Below are positions 1-10,280 of a stretch of 64,000 bases of DNA, in pieces (within the stretch, counting starts at the first letter, position 1; the number at the start of each line of letters is the position of its first letter). Both the position numbers and the translations under genes were made by a program. The notes beneath the pieces were generated by a model. That model saw only the letters and a list, made by a program, of their open reading frames with translations. It ran no database searches and was not told the DNA's origin. Origin of the DNA: Candidatus Entotheonellaceae bacterium (GTDB lineage: Bacteria; Tectomicrobia; Entotheonellia; Entotheonellales; Entotheonellaceae); NCBI GenBank assembly GCA_965238075.1, contig OZ250173.1, positions 96,001 to 160,000 on the forward strand. The letters are read 5' to 3'.

Positions 1-237
1 CTCAACTGGCTTCATGCCGCCGAGGACGACGAACTGATCGCGGATTTTCTCGATGCGCGCCTCCACGCCGGGCTTGCGGCTGAAAGTCCAGATGGTGAAG
101 ACGCCATCCTTGACGTACAAGCCGACGCTGATGTCGCCGAAATTCGGGTCCATCGGGACGAGTTCCAGGCATTTGCCGTATTGTTCAAGAACGTCGGCAA
201 CGCGCGGTTTCGACGCAGCCTTAGCTTCAGCCATCAT
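1..237 (-). CDS. Hypothetical protein, N-terminal 79 codons (runs off the window edge)
   Basis: ATG at 237 overlaps the upstream gene's TGA (ATGA coupling). Open frame MMAEAKAASKPRVADVLEQYGKCLELVPMDPNFGDISVGLY... to position 1. Confidence 0.7.
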   Translation of the reverse strand, partial: MMAEAKAASKPRVADVLEQYGKCLELVPMDPNFGDISVGLYVKDGVFTIWTFSRKPGVEARIEKIRDQFVVLGGMKPVE

Positions 238-1142
238 GTCTTCCTTCTGAGAGTCTCAACGAGCGTGCGGATATGATCGGGGGCCGTGCCGCAGCAGCCG
301 CCTACGATGTTGACCCCCACGTCACGCACCAGCGCTGCAAAGCGTTCGGCCATGTAAGTCGGGGTTTCGGGATAGACGATCTGGCCGCCCTTGATCGCCG
401 GGATGCCGGCGTTGGAATGGATGAGCAGATAGCCGTCGGTGGCCGCCCGCAACTCGCGTGCCAACTCGACCATCACGTCAATACCGTTGCCGCAATTGGC
501 CCCGACGATGTCGGCACCGGCGCCTTCCAGTTCTTTGACCCCCCGCTCCGGCGACACCCCCATCATGGTGAAAAAGCCGCGCGGCCCTTTGTCGAACGTC
601 ATAGTGGCAATCACGGTGAGGTTGGTATGCTCACGCGCGGCCCTGATGGCCAGGGCAGATTCCTCCACGGCAGTCATGGTCTCGATGACGACGCCGTCGG
701 CCCCACCCTCATCCAAGGCGGTGATCTGCTCGACGAAGGCGTCGTACATTTCTGCCTCGCTGACCTCGCCAAGCGGCTCCAGGAACTCACCGGTCGGCCC
801 CACGGAGCCGATCACGTAGCATCCCGCCGGCGTTTGGCTGCGGGCGTGTTCTGCCGCCAAGCGGTCAAACTCGCGGACGCGGTCGCCGAAACCGTATTTC
901 TTCTGCATGAACTTGCTGCCGCCGAAAGAGTTGGTCAGCACCATGTCGGAGCCGGCATCGAAGTACGCCTTCGCCATGCCCTTGACGACATCCGGATGCG
1001 TGGCGTTGAACGCCTCCGGGCAACCGCCCGGCTCCAGCCCGTGTTGCTGCAGGTAGGTCCCGGTGGCGCCGTCCGAAATAAGGAAACCACCCTGCGCCAA
1101 GCGTTCCGGGATGGTTAGCGGTGCGGTGTCGGTTTCAGGCAT
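234..1142 (-). CDS. Homocysteine S-methyltransferase family protein (stand-alone MetH N-terminal/BHMT-like domain)
   Basis: DGATGT, TNSFG, GSVGPTG, IETM, GANC and GGCCG Zn-binding motifs. GGAGAG RBS before ATG 1142. Confidence 0.9.
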   Translation of the reverse strand: MPETDTAPLTIPERLAQGGFLISDGATGTYLQQHGLEPGGCPEAFNATHPDVVKGMAKAYFDAGSDMVLTNSFGGSKFMQKKYGFGDRVREFDRLAAEHARSQTPAGCYVIGSVGPTGEFLEPLGEVSEAEMYDAFVEQITALDEGGADGVVIETMTAVEESALAIRAAREHTNLTVIATMTFDKGPRGFFTMMGVSPERGVKELEGAGADIVGANCGNGIDVMVELARELRAATDGYLLIHSNAGIPAIKGGQIVYPETPTYMAERFAALVRDVGVNIVGGCCGTAPDHIRTLVETLRRKT

Positions 1143-1163
1143 ATCCAAGCTCTCCACAAGCTC

Positions 1164-1502
1164 CTATTCAATCCAGTGGTCGGCGGTGCCCGGACGCGGG
1201 TCGCGCTGGCCGGCTGCGTGCAGGTCGCGTATCCGGGCCGCAAAATCGTGGGGGAAACCGTTGTTGTAACGCTTCGCTACCGCTGCGGCAGCCTCTTCCG
1301 CGCTGCCTTCCACTTCCGTCTCGCCGCCCCACTCCCAGGCCATCAGGTAGTCGTCGCTGCCACTGCTGCCGTCGAACATCGAAATGGCGTCGACGCCCTG
1401 CTGAAAGCGCTCGTGCAGCGGTTTGGAGACCTGGCCGTCGTCGTCTTCGGCCTGGACCTGCACTGGGACTTCTTTCCAATACATCACACGCACGGTTGCC
1501 AC
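1164..1502 (-). CDS. 'Virulence factor' (PF13769-like) small protein, typically associated with split methionine synthase clusters
   Basis: YWKEVPVQV...L.ERFQQGVDAISM...DDYL..W pattern; adjacent to the HMT domain gene. Confidence 0.7.
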   Translation of the reverse strand: MATVRVMYWKEVPVQVQAEDDDGQVSKPLHERFQQGVDAISMFDGSSGSDDYLMAWEWGGETEVEGSAEEAAAAVAKRYNNGFPHDFAARIRDLHAAGQRDPRPGTADHWIE

Positions 1503-1927
1503 GGACCCCTCACGTTTCCCTGTTGTTCAAGCGGCGCCTAGAATACATGATAACCGGCAGCCTGCAAAGCCCCGCCGTGTGTGTGGTAGTGTGTCAGTTC
1601 GTAATTACCGGCTCATAATCCCCTGGTAGGGGGAAGGGAAAAGGGGTTGCTCCCTTTCGTTTGGAGGGGGACGGCGGAGGTAAGGGGGGAATTGGAGTGA
1701 GACTCTGTCAGGGCAAGGAGCCTGCTGGATAATCATGATTTCGGATTCATTCCCGTTCCCCCGCCATCTTCCACAAACCATCACGCGGCCCGGCGGTAGC
1801 GGTAAAGGATAGATACGCGAAGCGGTGGCGGATGGCTTCCCGTGCGTCGGATCACCGGATTGACCGATTCGGGGCGTTGGATAAAATTCTTTGGCATATT
1901 TCAAGCAGACTGTATGGACGTGTGAGA

Positions 1928-3103
1928 TCACGACAGAAATTGCTGCATCAGCGCAGTCTGCCAATGCAGCGCCAGACCCGTCAATCCCGCCGTTAACACC
2001 AGACTTACCACGACAATCACGCCGAGTTCCGCCGCCACCAGTTCCACCATTTTGAGGCGGCTGCAGCCGAGTTTGTACATGGTCTCGATTTCGGACTGAC
2101 GCAAGCGCAGGGAGAGCGCGATGATCAGGATGATCGTCAGCAGCATGGCAACGCTGACCACGGCGAAAATGATATTGAGCACCCGTTGAATCTTGAAGAT
2201 GTTCTGCAGCAGCGCCTTCACCACGCCGAGGGGTTTGATCAACAGGAACGTACTGGTTTCGGGAAGATAGCGGCCCATGAGTAGGGTGGCGGATTTGTCG
2301 TCGTGCGGCACCGCAATGACCGAGGTGAGCGGGAACTGGCCCGTGTCGCCGTGAAAGTGAAACGAATCCATATTCTCCTGCGTGATTTCGGTGTACTGCA
2401 CGATTTTGGCGCTGGCGACGAGCTTGCCGTCTTCCTCTCTCAGCACCACTTGCGGATCGCGGGTCGCCGCCACGTCCTCATGCCCGTGTCCGAGTCCTTC
2501 GATGACCCAGGCGGTTCTGACATCGACGAACACCGCCCGGTCATCCGGCGTATAACGGGCCTTGAGTACCCCCACCACCTGCATTTTGAGCGGATACACA
2601 CCGGCCAAGTCAAACGGGTTCTCCGGCGTGGATATGAGTGCGTCGCCGGGGCCAAGGCCGAGCTGGTCCGCCACCGCCGCGCCCAAGACGCACTCGCCCA
2701 GAACGGCCAGCATGCGCCCGGAGGCGACCTCAAGCCGTCGGAAGCTCATGTAGTCCAGCGTGGTGCCGACAATCGGAAAGCCTCGGGCCGTGTACCGGTT
2801 GTAAATGGGAATGGCGAAAGCAAAGCCGGTCTCGTCAATGCGGTCAGCTTCGTCCATGCTGATGGTTTCGGGCGGCTTTGAGGCGAAATACAGCGTGTTC
2901 ATCACCAAGTCCAGGGCGCTGCCCTTTTGCCCCAGGATCAACGGCGTGGCCTGGGAGCGGTCGAGCATTTGCACCTCGCTGGCGCGCACCAGGATGTGCA
3001 CGGCGAGCGGCAGATAGGTAATCAAGGTGAGCGCAGCGATGAGCACGGCGGCTTTGACTTTGTGAAACCGCAGATACTGCCACGCCACGTACAGACTGTG
3101 CAT
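1928..3103 (-). CDS. ABC transporter permease, MacB/LolE/FtsX type, with His motifs
   Basis: N-terminal TM, large periplasmic domain containing GLGHGHED and SFHFHGD, C-terminal TMs with R..EI...KLG motif. Confidence 0.85.
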   Translation of the reverse strand: MHSLYVAWQYLRFHKVKAAVLIAALTLITYLPLAVHILVRASEVQMLDRSQATPLILGQKGSALDLVMNTLYFASKPPETISMDEADRIDETGFAFAIPIYNRYTARGFPIVGTTLDYMSFRRLEVASGRMLAVLGECVLGAAVADQLGLGPGDALISTPENPFDLAGVYPLKMQVVGVLKARYTPDDRAVFVDVRTAWVIEGLGHGHEDVAATRDPQVVLREEDGKLVASAKIVQYTEITQENMDSFHFHGDTGQFPLTSVIAVPHDDKSATLLMGRYLPETSTFLLIKPLGVVKALLQNIFKIQRVLNIIFAVVSVAMLLTIILIIALSLRLRQSEIETMYKLGCSRLKMVELVAAELGVIVVVSLVLTAGLTGLALHWQTALMQQFLS

Positions 3104-3105
3104 GA

Positions 3106-3795
3106 TTATGCTCGCTGCGGGCGATCAAAGGCTTGAAAGTCGACAACCCGGTCGAAGCCGCTGAGTAGGCCGTGGTCGTGGGTGACCGCCACGAGCGTCG
3201 CCCCGGCCTCATCGACGTATTGAAAGAGGTGCTGCAGAATGTGCGACTTGTTGGCCGGGTCCAGATTGCCGGTGGGCTCATCGGCGAGGAGCAAAGGCGG
3301 GCGCGTCACCAGAGCCCGGCAAATGGCGGCGCGCTGCTTTTCCCCCTGGGACAGATGGTGGACGTGACGCTTGAGCTTGTCCGCGATGCCCATGATGTCC
3401 GCCAGGTGGACGGCATAGTCGCGCACCTGCGGCGTCAGGTTGAGGGCACGATTGATCCGGTAGGGATGCAGGATGTTGTCGAGAATGGTCAGGTAATCCA
3501 GCAGCGCAAAGTCCTGGAACACAAAGCCGATGTTGGCAATGCGAAAACGCCGCCGCTCGGCATCGCCGAGCTGATCCAGCGACGCGCCATGCACCCTGAT
3601 CTGGCCGCTGACGGCCGGCACAATGCCGGCCAGCAAATTGATGAGGGTCGTCTTGCCCGACCCGCTGGGTCCAATGACGGCCGCTTTCGTCCCGGCGTCG
3701 ATGCAGAGGTCAGGAATGTGGAGATAGAAATCGCCCTCCGGGTACTGAAAGGTCAACCGCTCAATGGCGATGAAGGGAGGCTGCGCATCAGTCAT
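3106..3795 (-). CDS. ABC transporter ATP-binding protein (LolD-like)
   Basis: [34 protein letters not shown] 3795 overlaps the upstream stop. Confidence 0.92.
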   Translation of the reverse strand: MTDAQPPFIAIERLTFQYPEGDFYLHIPDLCIDAGTKAAVIGPSGSGKTTLINLLAGIVPAVSGQIRVHGASLDQLGDAERRRFRIANIGFVFQDFALLDYLTILDNILHPYRINRALNLTPQVRDYAVHLADIMGIADKLKRHVHHLSQGEKQRAAICRALVTRPPLLLADEPTGNLDPANKSHILQHLFQYVDEAGATLVAVTHDHGLLSGFDRVVDFQAFDRPQRA

Positions 3796-5534
3796 GGCAG
3801 GCGGCGTTCTTCGATGACGTCCAGAGCGACGATTTTCCAGTTCTGCTCGATGGGCTGGATGGTGATCATGGCGTCGTATCGATTGCGGCGCTGGTGGGTG
3901 TGCCCCCAGTGGTTCACCGTACCCGTGATACGCCAGGCGCATTGGAACGTCAGGCGCTGCCGCTTGCCTGGAGGGCCGACCTGAACGGCGTCCAGGAGCT
4001 GAACGTCTTGCACCTTGGCGCGTGCGCCGCCCTGCTCTTCCATCACCAGGCGTTGGCGGCTTTGCAAATAGATGTCCGTGATTAAATCGCCCGCGGCGCT
4101 GACCGCCAGTTTGTCGTAGACGTCGTTTTCGGCGCGAAAATCAAAGGCGCGATAGGTGTTTTGCAAGAGCCCTTGGAGAATCAACAACGACTCGACCTCG
4201 GGTAGCTGATAGGGCGCCGCAAATGGGTTGCGAACCGCAATCCGTCCAAACGACCCCACCCCTACGGCCACGACGAAAATCAAGGCAACCGCGGTGATCC
4301 GATAGACACCGTTGAGCGCCAGAAAACCGCCAAAGCCAGCGAGTAGTGCCGCGGCGAGGCAAAGCAGGACGCTTGCCAAAGGAATTTCGAGCCGGTTGGC
4401 AGCCTGTGCGGCAATCGCGTCAATGGTGGCGACCTGGTAGTTGTATTCGTCCAGCATATTGGTCCAACGCAACGTGGGCTGCGCCGGTGTCACGTCGTAA
4501 GGCAATTGACTGACAGGGTCGATGACCGTGGACGGAATCGAGGTGATCTGGTCGTCAAAATGCGTCCAGTCCACCGTCACCTCTTGCGGTGGTCCGGGGG
4601 TGACGTAGGCAAGAATAACGCCCACCAATGCGGTGTGAAACGTCAGCCGCTCAGCCGTGTCAAGTGTCTGGATGCCCTGCGGGGTGACCCTGACAAATTC
4701 GACGCGGTCGAGCAGCGGGCGGGACTTCACGCCATCGATCCGCACTTGGCTTTGTTGCAAAAGAAATTGGCCGATCTGTTCGCGCAGCCGCGCCTGCTGC
4801 TCTGGCTCGATCGGCTTCTCAATCGGCACGTCCAGTGACATCCACGACGCCAACGCTTTCAATCGGATGAGAATTTCAAACCGCACCTCGTACGGCTCGA
4901 CGTAGAGAAACGTCATGAGCGGCGCGCTGTGATGCCGTTTCAGATCGGCGTTTTCGAAGGCGGAGTACCAGGGGTCGTCCCAGTCCAACCGCAGGGTCTC
5001 CGGGCGCACCAAGTATTGGAAGTCGATGACCGGAATGGTTTCGTGATACACGATAAAGCCGATTTCGGCCGCCGCCTCATCACTCCCGATTCGCAGTGGC
5101 GGTGTCAGCGTCAGCGTCGCAGGAAGCACTGCCAGGTTATAAACTACCTCGACATAGGTCACCTCGGGGCTGCCCGATATCTGGACGGCGGTCGATTGGG
5201 ACGCCGTGGAGCGGTCCGTGCGCGGCCGACGCTCGATGACCTTCACCTCCCCCGCCAGCGGCGTACCATCATCGCCGGTCAATATCAGATCCAAAGGAAC
5301 CTCATTTTGTGTGGAGGCTTCGTCATCGAGCAAATCGGCAAATGTCTCCTGATCCAGGTCGCCGATCTCCAGCCGCAGCGTGATGCGCTCTCCATCAATC
5401 CATATCTCGGCCACCGTGGAGCTGTGTTCGGCGCCCGTGTACTTCGTCAAGTGGGCCTGCGCTGTCCGTGCAAGCGCCAACAGGCTCAGCATCAGACACA
5501 ACAAGCAGATTACTGGCCATGACCTGATGATCAC
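3792..5534 (-). CDS. Exported/membrane protein of unknown function, probably metal-related
   Basis: Signal peptide ending AQA-H, two TM helices near aa 385-430, C-terminal HWGHTHQR. Confidence 0.75.
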   Translation of the reverse strand: MIIRSWPVICLLCLMLSLLALARTAQAHLTKYTGAEHSSTVAEIWIDGERITLRLEIGDLDQETFADLLDDEASTQNEVPLDLILTGDDGTPLAGEVKVIERRPRTDRSTASQSTAVQISGSPEVTYVEVVYNLAVLPATLTLTPPLRIGSDEAAAEIGFIVYHETIPVIDFQYLVRPETLRLDWDDPWYSAFENADLKRHHSAPLMTFLYVEPYEVRFEILIRLKALASWMSLDVPIEKPIEPEQQARLREQIGQFLLQQSQVRIDGVKSRPLLDRVEFVRVTPQGIQTLDTAERLTFHTALVGVILAYVTPGPPQEVTVDWTHFDDQITSIPSTVIDPVSQLPYDVTPAQPTLRWTNMLDEYNYQVATIDAIAAQAANRLEIPLASVLLCLAAALLAGFGGFLALNGVYRITAVALIFVVAVGVGSFGRIAVRNPFAAPYQLPEVESLLILQGLLQNTYRAFDFRAENDVYDKLAVSAAGDLITDIYLQSRQRLVMEEQGGARAKVQDVQLLDAVQVGPPGKRQRLTFQCAWRITGTVNHWGHTHQRRNRYDAMITIQPIEQNWKIVALDVIEERRLP

Positions 5535-5598
5535 AGTTGATGTCCCAATGGCTTGAGGGTGCTACGGGAACGGTCGACGTGCCCCGACTGACTGTGCC

Positions 5599-6429
5599 TC
5601 ATGGTCCTGCCGGCAGTTCGAAGGTTAGAGACGCCCAATAGCTGCGCCAATCCTCTGTGGCTTGCACCGCAGCAGGAATCATGTGCACCGCCTTCACCAA
5701 CCACAGGCCGCTGCGGCGCAAATTGAACTCGGCGCGTCCATCCGAGCCGCTTTGGGCTCGCTGCACCTCGTTCGGCGCGCTCTGGTTCAGCGCCATGACT
5801 AGCGCGCCGCTCACGGGCTGGCCCTCGTACAGCAGTTGCACCGTCAATGGTGCCGGGGCTTTCATGTGGTACGGGTTCGTTTCGGGAAGGAGTTCCAGGG
5901 TCAGGCCGACCGGCTTGTTGTGGCGGGACGAGTCGCCCTCGGTTGATCCGCCGCCGACCCATAAAAGCGATTTGGCACAACGCGAGTAGGCTTCCTTGCC
6001 GGGTTGGTCACTCGCCCCGGCTTCGTGACGGGCTTCTAATATCGCTTCAAGCCCCTCGGCCCGCAGGTATCTGTTGAACCGCTCGGCTGGGAGTTCAAGA
6101 TAGGTGGGCATGTTCTCAAAGCTCACCACCTGCAAGCCGCTCTCCATCAGCCGGGCCATGCCGGCCGGGTCGCGCTGCAACGGCAGCACCTCGAACCGAC
6201 GGGTGGCACTATCAATGTGAAAGCGTTTCACCCGCGCGATGGAAAATGTCGCCGGCTCGCCGTTGAAATTCTCGCCGACCCGCAGATAGAACAATACCCT
6301 GCCCTCCGGCTTGAGCTGAAAACTCGAGGGCTCAATCCAATAGTCGTGCGCCGCCGCGAACGGCACGGAGAACAGCACCAGCATCAGGCACAGCCAAGCG
6401 TAGGGCATCCTTGGCTTCTCGGTGGACAT
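5599..6429 (-). CDS. DUF4198 family periplasmic protein (Ni/Co-transport associated)
   Basis: Signal + AHDYWIEP, GLTLELLPETNPY, G.WLVKAVHM, SYWASLTF. Confidence 0.85.
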   Translation of the reverse strand: MSTEKPRMPYAWLCLMLVLFSVPFAAAHDYWIEPSSFQLKPEGRVLFYLRVGENFNGEPATFSIARVKRFHIDSATRRFEVLPLQRDPAGMARLMESGLQVVSFENMPTYLELPAERFNRYLRAEGLEAILEARHEAGASDQPGKEAYSRCAKSLLWVGGGSTEGDSSRHNKPVGLTLELLPETNPYHMKAPAPLTVQLLYEGQPVSGALVMALNQSAPNEVQRAQSGSDGRAEFNLRRSGLWLVKAVHMIPAAVQATEDWRSYWASLTFELPAGP

Positions 6430-6563
6430 TTTTTCCTGCCTTCCTTGTTGTCGGGAGCGGACGAAACCCCTGAGCGTACGATGGCAATAGTTACAGCGTT
6501 AAGGTACTTGCGACAACCGCCCTTCGTCAATGAGAGACCCGGCGGCGAACCGCCGCCGTACGG

Positions 6564-7460
6564 CTATTGGAACGCTTGCTGGAGACGCGCCACATTCTGC
6601 TGCATGACGCTCAGAAAATCGCCTTGCTCCGGCGTATTCCCACACGGATCGAAGACCAGGCTCTTGACTCCGAGCGCCTGCAGTTTGTCTGCGGAGGTCG
6701 GCAAGGGGTCACCTTCCCATAACATCCAGGCGGCCGCATGCCCCTGCAGAATGGACTTCAACCTCTGCCACTCCTCGTCATCCGGCATCGCCTCGGGCTC
6801 CCACAAGACGCTTTGAAGATTCAAGCGGTAGCGTTTGGCCAGGTACTGATAGACCGGGTGGGAGGCAAGCAAGGGTTGCGTGCGCTGCCGGGCCGCAATC
6901 GTGTCGAGGCGCTCATCCAGAGCCAGCAGGTCTTGTTCGAGCTCGGCGTAACGCCGCTCAAAAATGTCTTTATGCTCCGGGAGCATGCGACTCAGCCCCT
7001 CCGTGACCGCTTGGGCCTGGTGCACAGCTTGGCGAAAGTCGAGCCAAGTGGTAAACGCCGTGCCGGCGTGCGAGTGTTCCCCGGTCGGACCGTGGCTGTG
7101 CGTATCCGTGTCTTGAATCTCGATATAGTCCGCTTTGAAACGCCTGGACGTATCGATCATTTTCGACTTCGGTAACGAGGCGGTTTTCAACCACCTGGCA
7201 TAGGCGGCGCCGTTGATGAGGATCAAATCCGCCGCTTGAAACGCCGCAATCGTTTCCACATCCGGTTTCCAGAAGGCCGGATCCTCGTCAGCCGGAGCCG
7301 GGAACACCACGTGCACCTGTTCGGCCCCGATCCGCTCGGCAAAATACTGCAACGGATAGTTCACGACGTACACCGTCGCCCGGGCCTGGCTCTCCGTCCA
7401 CGCCATCAAGGTGATGCTGATTCCCAACCATGCGAGTATCCCTGAACGCATCAGAGACAT
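6564..7460 (-). CDS. Metal ABC transporter substrate-binding protein (ZnuA/TroA, cluster A-I)
   Basis: VVNYPL, DPAFWKP, ADLILINGA, HSHGPTGEHSH loop, TWLD, HPVYQYLA. GGAGG RBS before ATG 7460. Confidence 0.88.
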   Translation of the reverse strand: MSLMRSGILAWLGISITLMAWTESQARATVYVVNYPLQYFAERIGAEQVHVVFPAPADEDPAFWKPDVETIAAFQAADLILINGAAYARWLKTASLPKSKMIDTSRRFKADYIEIQDTDTHSHGPTGEHSHAGTAFTTWLDFRQAVHQAQAVTEGLSRMLPEHKDIFERRYAELEQDLLALDERLDTIAARQRTQPLLASHPVYQYLAKRYRLNLQSVLWEPEAMPDDEEWQRLKSILQGHAAAWMLWEGDPLPTSADKLQALGVKSLVFDPCGNTPEQGDFLSVMQQNVARLQQAFQ

Positions 7461-7678
7461 CCTGAACCTCCAGTGGCTTTGTTGTTGCGCGATCACAGAC
7501 CGCAGATTGGCGAATTGCCGGAACCGCTTTGAACCCTTGCTGGCAAAATTCAGTGACGGCGAACTCTATCCTGCTGCACGTCGCCTTGACCCACCCCGGC
7601 CGCTTCCATAGAATGCGACGACCTGATCCCCGCACCCGAATCTCCCCGGCCCCGAACAACCCAATGGAGAGGTCCCAA

Positions 7679-9112
7679 ATGGCAGCAGCACCCTTGCATT
7701 GGCAGACGATCCGTCAGTTATCGGAACAAATTCACAGTGGTCAATTATCGCCCGTCGAGTTGATGGAACATCTTCTCGACCGCGTCGAGGCGCTCGATGA
7801 CCGCCTGCACGCTTTCCGTCTGGTGCCGCGCGAACGCGCCGCCGCAGGCGCCCAGGCTGCCGAGTTGGCGCTGCGGGCCGGGCGAGACACCGGGCCGCTG
7901 CATGGGATTCCATACGCCGCCAAGGACATCATCGACGTGCAGGGCCTGCCCACCACCGCCGGATCGCCCTTGCTGGAAAACGCCATCGCCGACACCGACG
8001 CCACCGTAGTGCGCCGTCTCAACCAGGCCGGCATGGTGCTGCTGGGCAAAACCCACACGGTGCAGTTTGCGCTCGGTGCGCCGGGTGTCAACCACGATCA
8101 CGGCACGCCGCACAACCCCTGGCACGCCACCCACCACGTCCCCGGCGGCTCCAGCAGCGGTTCGGGCGTTGCGGTGGGGGCCGGTCTTGTGCCCGCCGCC
8201 TTGGGCACCGACACCGGCGGCTCCGTGCGCATTCCGGCGGCCCTGTGCGGTACCGTCGGCCTCAAGACCACCGTCGGCCAGGTCAGCCGGCACGGCGTGT
8301 TTCCCTTGAGTTGGACGTTGGATTCGGTTGGCCCCCTGGTGCGCTCGGTAGAAGACGCCGCGTTTCTCTATCAGGCCATGCGCGGCCCGGACCCGTTCGA
8401 TTCCACCACCCACGACGCCCCGCCCCAGGACGTGCTTACCGGCCTGCACGACGGGGTGCGCGGCCTGCGCATCGCTTTTGTCGAAAACGTCTTCTGGGAG
8501 GATACCGACCCCGAAATCACTAGCGCCGTGCGTGCTTGCGGCGAGGTGTTTGCCAATCAGGGGGCGCACGTGGATAGCCGCCCGTTGCCCGAAGCCGATG
8601 CCTCCCAGGAAGCCAATCAGAGCGGCGTCATCAGTGCCACCGAAGCCTACTTCGCCCATTTGCAGCGCATGGGCGAGCACTTCGAGGAATACGATCCGGT
8701 CGTCGCCTACCGCATTCTCCCGGCCAAAGACTTTTCTGCCGCCGATTACCTGCGCGCCCTGCACGCCTGCACCACCCTGCAGGCCAACATCGCCCGCGCC
8801 CTGCAGGACATTGACGTATTTCTCGCTCCAACCACGATGATCCCCACCGCGCCGTTGGGCGAGGTGGATGCATCGCTGGACGCCTACACGCCCTTCAATC
8901 TGCGGTATTCGCGCAATACCCGCGTGGCCAACGTGCTCGGACTCTGTGCCCTCACCGTGCCCTGCGGCTTCACCAGCGAGGGGCTGCCTATCGGCCTCAT
9001 GATCCACGGCAAGCCGCGCGACGAGGCCATGGTGTTGCGCGTCGGCCAAGCATTCGAGCAGGCTACCGACTGGCATCAGCGAACCCCTGACCTGCAGTGG
9101 ACCGAGCGGTAA
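7679..9112 (+). CDS. Amidase signature family protein (GatA-like)
   Basis: GPLHGIPYAAKD, PGGSSSGS, LGTDTGGSVRIPA. Confidence 0.92.
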   Translation: MAAAPLHWQTIRQLSEQIHSGQLSPVELMEHLLDRVEALDDRLHAFRLVPRERAAAGAQAAELALRAGRDTGPLHGIPYAAKDIIDVQGLPTTAGSPLLENAIADTDATVVRRLNQAGMVLLGKTHTVQFALGAPGVNHDHGTPHNPWHATHHVPGGSSSGSGVAVGAGLVPAALGTDTGGSVRIPAALCGTVGLKTTVGQVSRHGVFPLSWTLDSVGPLVRSVEDAAFLYQAMRGPDPFDSTTHDAPPQDVLTGLHDGVRGLRIAFVENVFWEDTDPEITSAVRACGEVFANQGAHVDSRPLPEADASQEANQSGVISATEAYFAHLQRMGEHFEEYDPVVAYRILPAKDFSAADYLRALHACTTLQANIARALQDIDVFLAPTTMIPTAPLGEVDASLDAYTPFNLRYSRNTRVANVLGLCALTVPCGFTSEGLPIGLMIHGKPRDEAMVLRVGQAFEQATDWHQRTPDLQWTER

Positions 9113-9157
9113 GGAGCAGACAGACGATCCATCATCAACCAGGAAGGAACATCACAC

Positions 9158-10261
9158 ATGAAAGCTGCCGTCCTTTCGGAAGTGGGCGGACACCTGCAAA
9201 TCGAGGCCATTCCCCGCCCGCAACCCAAGGCCGGCGAGGTGCTGGTGCGGGTGGCGGCCTGCGGCGTCTGTCACACCGACCTGCACGTCGTCAAGGGCGA
9301 GGTCAACTTTCCGATGCCGTGCGTGTTGGGTCATGAGGTGTCCGGCACCGTGGAAGAAGTGGCGCCCGACGTATCCACCGTGCGCCCGGGCGATGCCGTG
9401 GTGTGCGCCTTCATCATGCCGTGCGGTTTCTGCGACCACTGCGCACGCGGCCGCGACGAACTGTGCACCACCTTCTTTGCCATGAATCGCTTGCAGGGCG
9501 TCCTGTACGACGGCGAGAGCCGCCTGCGGCGGCCCGACGGCTCCAAGCTGGCGATGTACAGCATGGGCGGCTTGGCGGAATACGCCGTGGTGCCCGCTAC
9601 CGGTGTGTTTGCAGCGCCCGCCGGCGTAGCGTTGTCCGACGCCTGCATTATCGGCTGCGCCATGATGACGGCGTACGGCGCCGTCAAAAACCAGGCGCAG
9701 GTGCAGCCGCGTGATACCGTGGCGGTGGTGGGCGCCGGCGGTGTGGGTTCCAACGTCATCCAGGTCGCCCGCGCCTTCGGCGCCGGACAGATCATCGCCG
9801 TGGACGTCCGGGACGACAAGCTGGAAGCAGCGCGCGGCCTCGGCGCCACGCACACGGTGAACGCCGCGCAGGACGACCCGGTTGCCGGGGTGGCGGCGCT
9901 TACTGACGGCCAGGGGGTCGATATCGCCATCGAGGTGCTCGGGCGTCCGGAAACCGTGCAGAACGCCTTTATGATGACCCGCGACGGCGGCCGCACGGTG
10001 ATTATCGGCGTCGCGCCGGGCACTACCACCGCGGCCATCGAGATCACCCGGCTGGTGCGGCGTGGCATCCAGGTCCTCGGCTCATACGGCAGCCGCGTGC
10101 GCACCGACTTGCCGGAAGTCATTGCCATGGCGGCGCGCGGCCAGTTGAGCGTCTCGCAGCCCATCACGCGCCGCTACACCCTCGACCAGACAGACGAAGC
10201 CTATGCCACCCTGAACCGCGGCGACATTATCGGGCGCGCCATTATCACCATGGATGCGTGA
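9158..10261 (+). CDS. Zn-dependent alcohol dehydrogenase (class III-like MDR)
   Basis: CHTDLH, GHE, C-x2-C-x2-C-x7-C structural Zn site, GAGGVG. Confidence 0.93.
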   Translation: MKAAVLSEVGGHLQIEAIPRPQPKAGEVLVRVAACGVCHTDLHVVKGEVNFPMPCVLGHEVSGTVEEVAPDVSTVRPGDAVVCAFIMPCGFCDHCARGRDELCTTFFAMNRLQGVLYDGESRLRRPDGSKLAMYSMGGLAEYAVVPATGVFAAPAGVALSDACIIGCAMMTAYGAVKNQAQVQPRDTVAVVGAGGVGSNVIQVARAFGAGQIIAVDVRDDKLEAARGLGATHTVNAAQDDPVAGVAALTDGQGVDIAIEVLGRPETVQNAFMMTRDGGRTVIIGVAPGTTTAAIEITRLVRRGIQVLGSYGSRVRTDLPEVIAMAARGQLSVSQPITRRYTLDQTDEAYATLNRGDIIGRAIITMDA

Positions 10262-10280
10262 TGCTTCGGGCGATGTCCCT

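Noticed and set aside
1503-1927. Cobalamin or SAM riboswitch upstream of the methyltransferase module
   Set aside because: No B12-box or SAM core motifs recognisable on the minus strand, only purine/pyrimidine-skewed tracts. An Rfam scan would settle it.
7745-9076. Long antisense ORFs (also 14351-15478, 26391-27710, 37453-39012, 59480-60688)
   Set aside because: Shadow frames of well-supported genes, expected in high-GC DNA; no motifs of their own.
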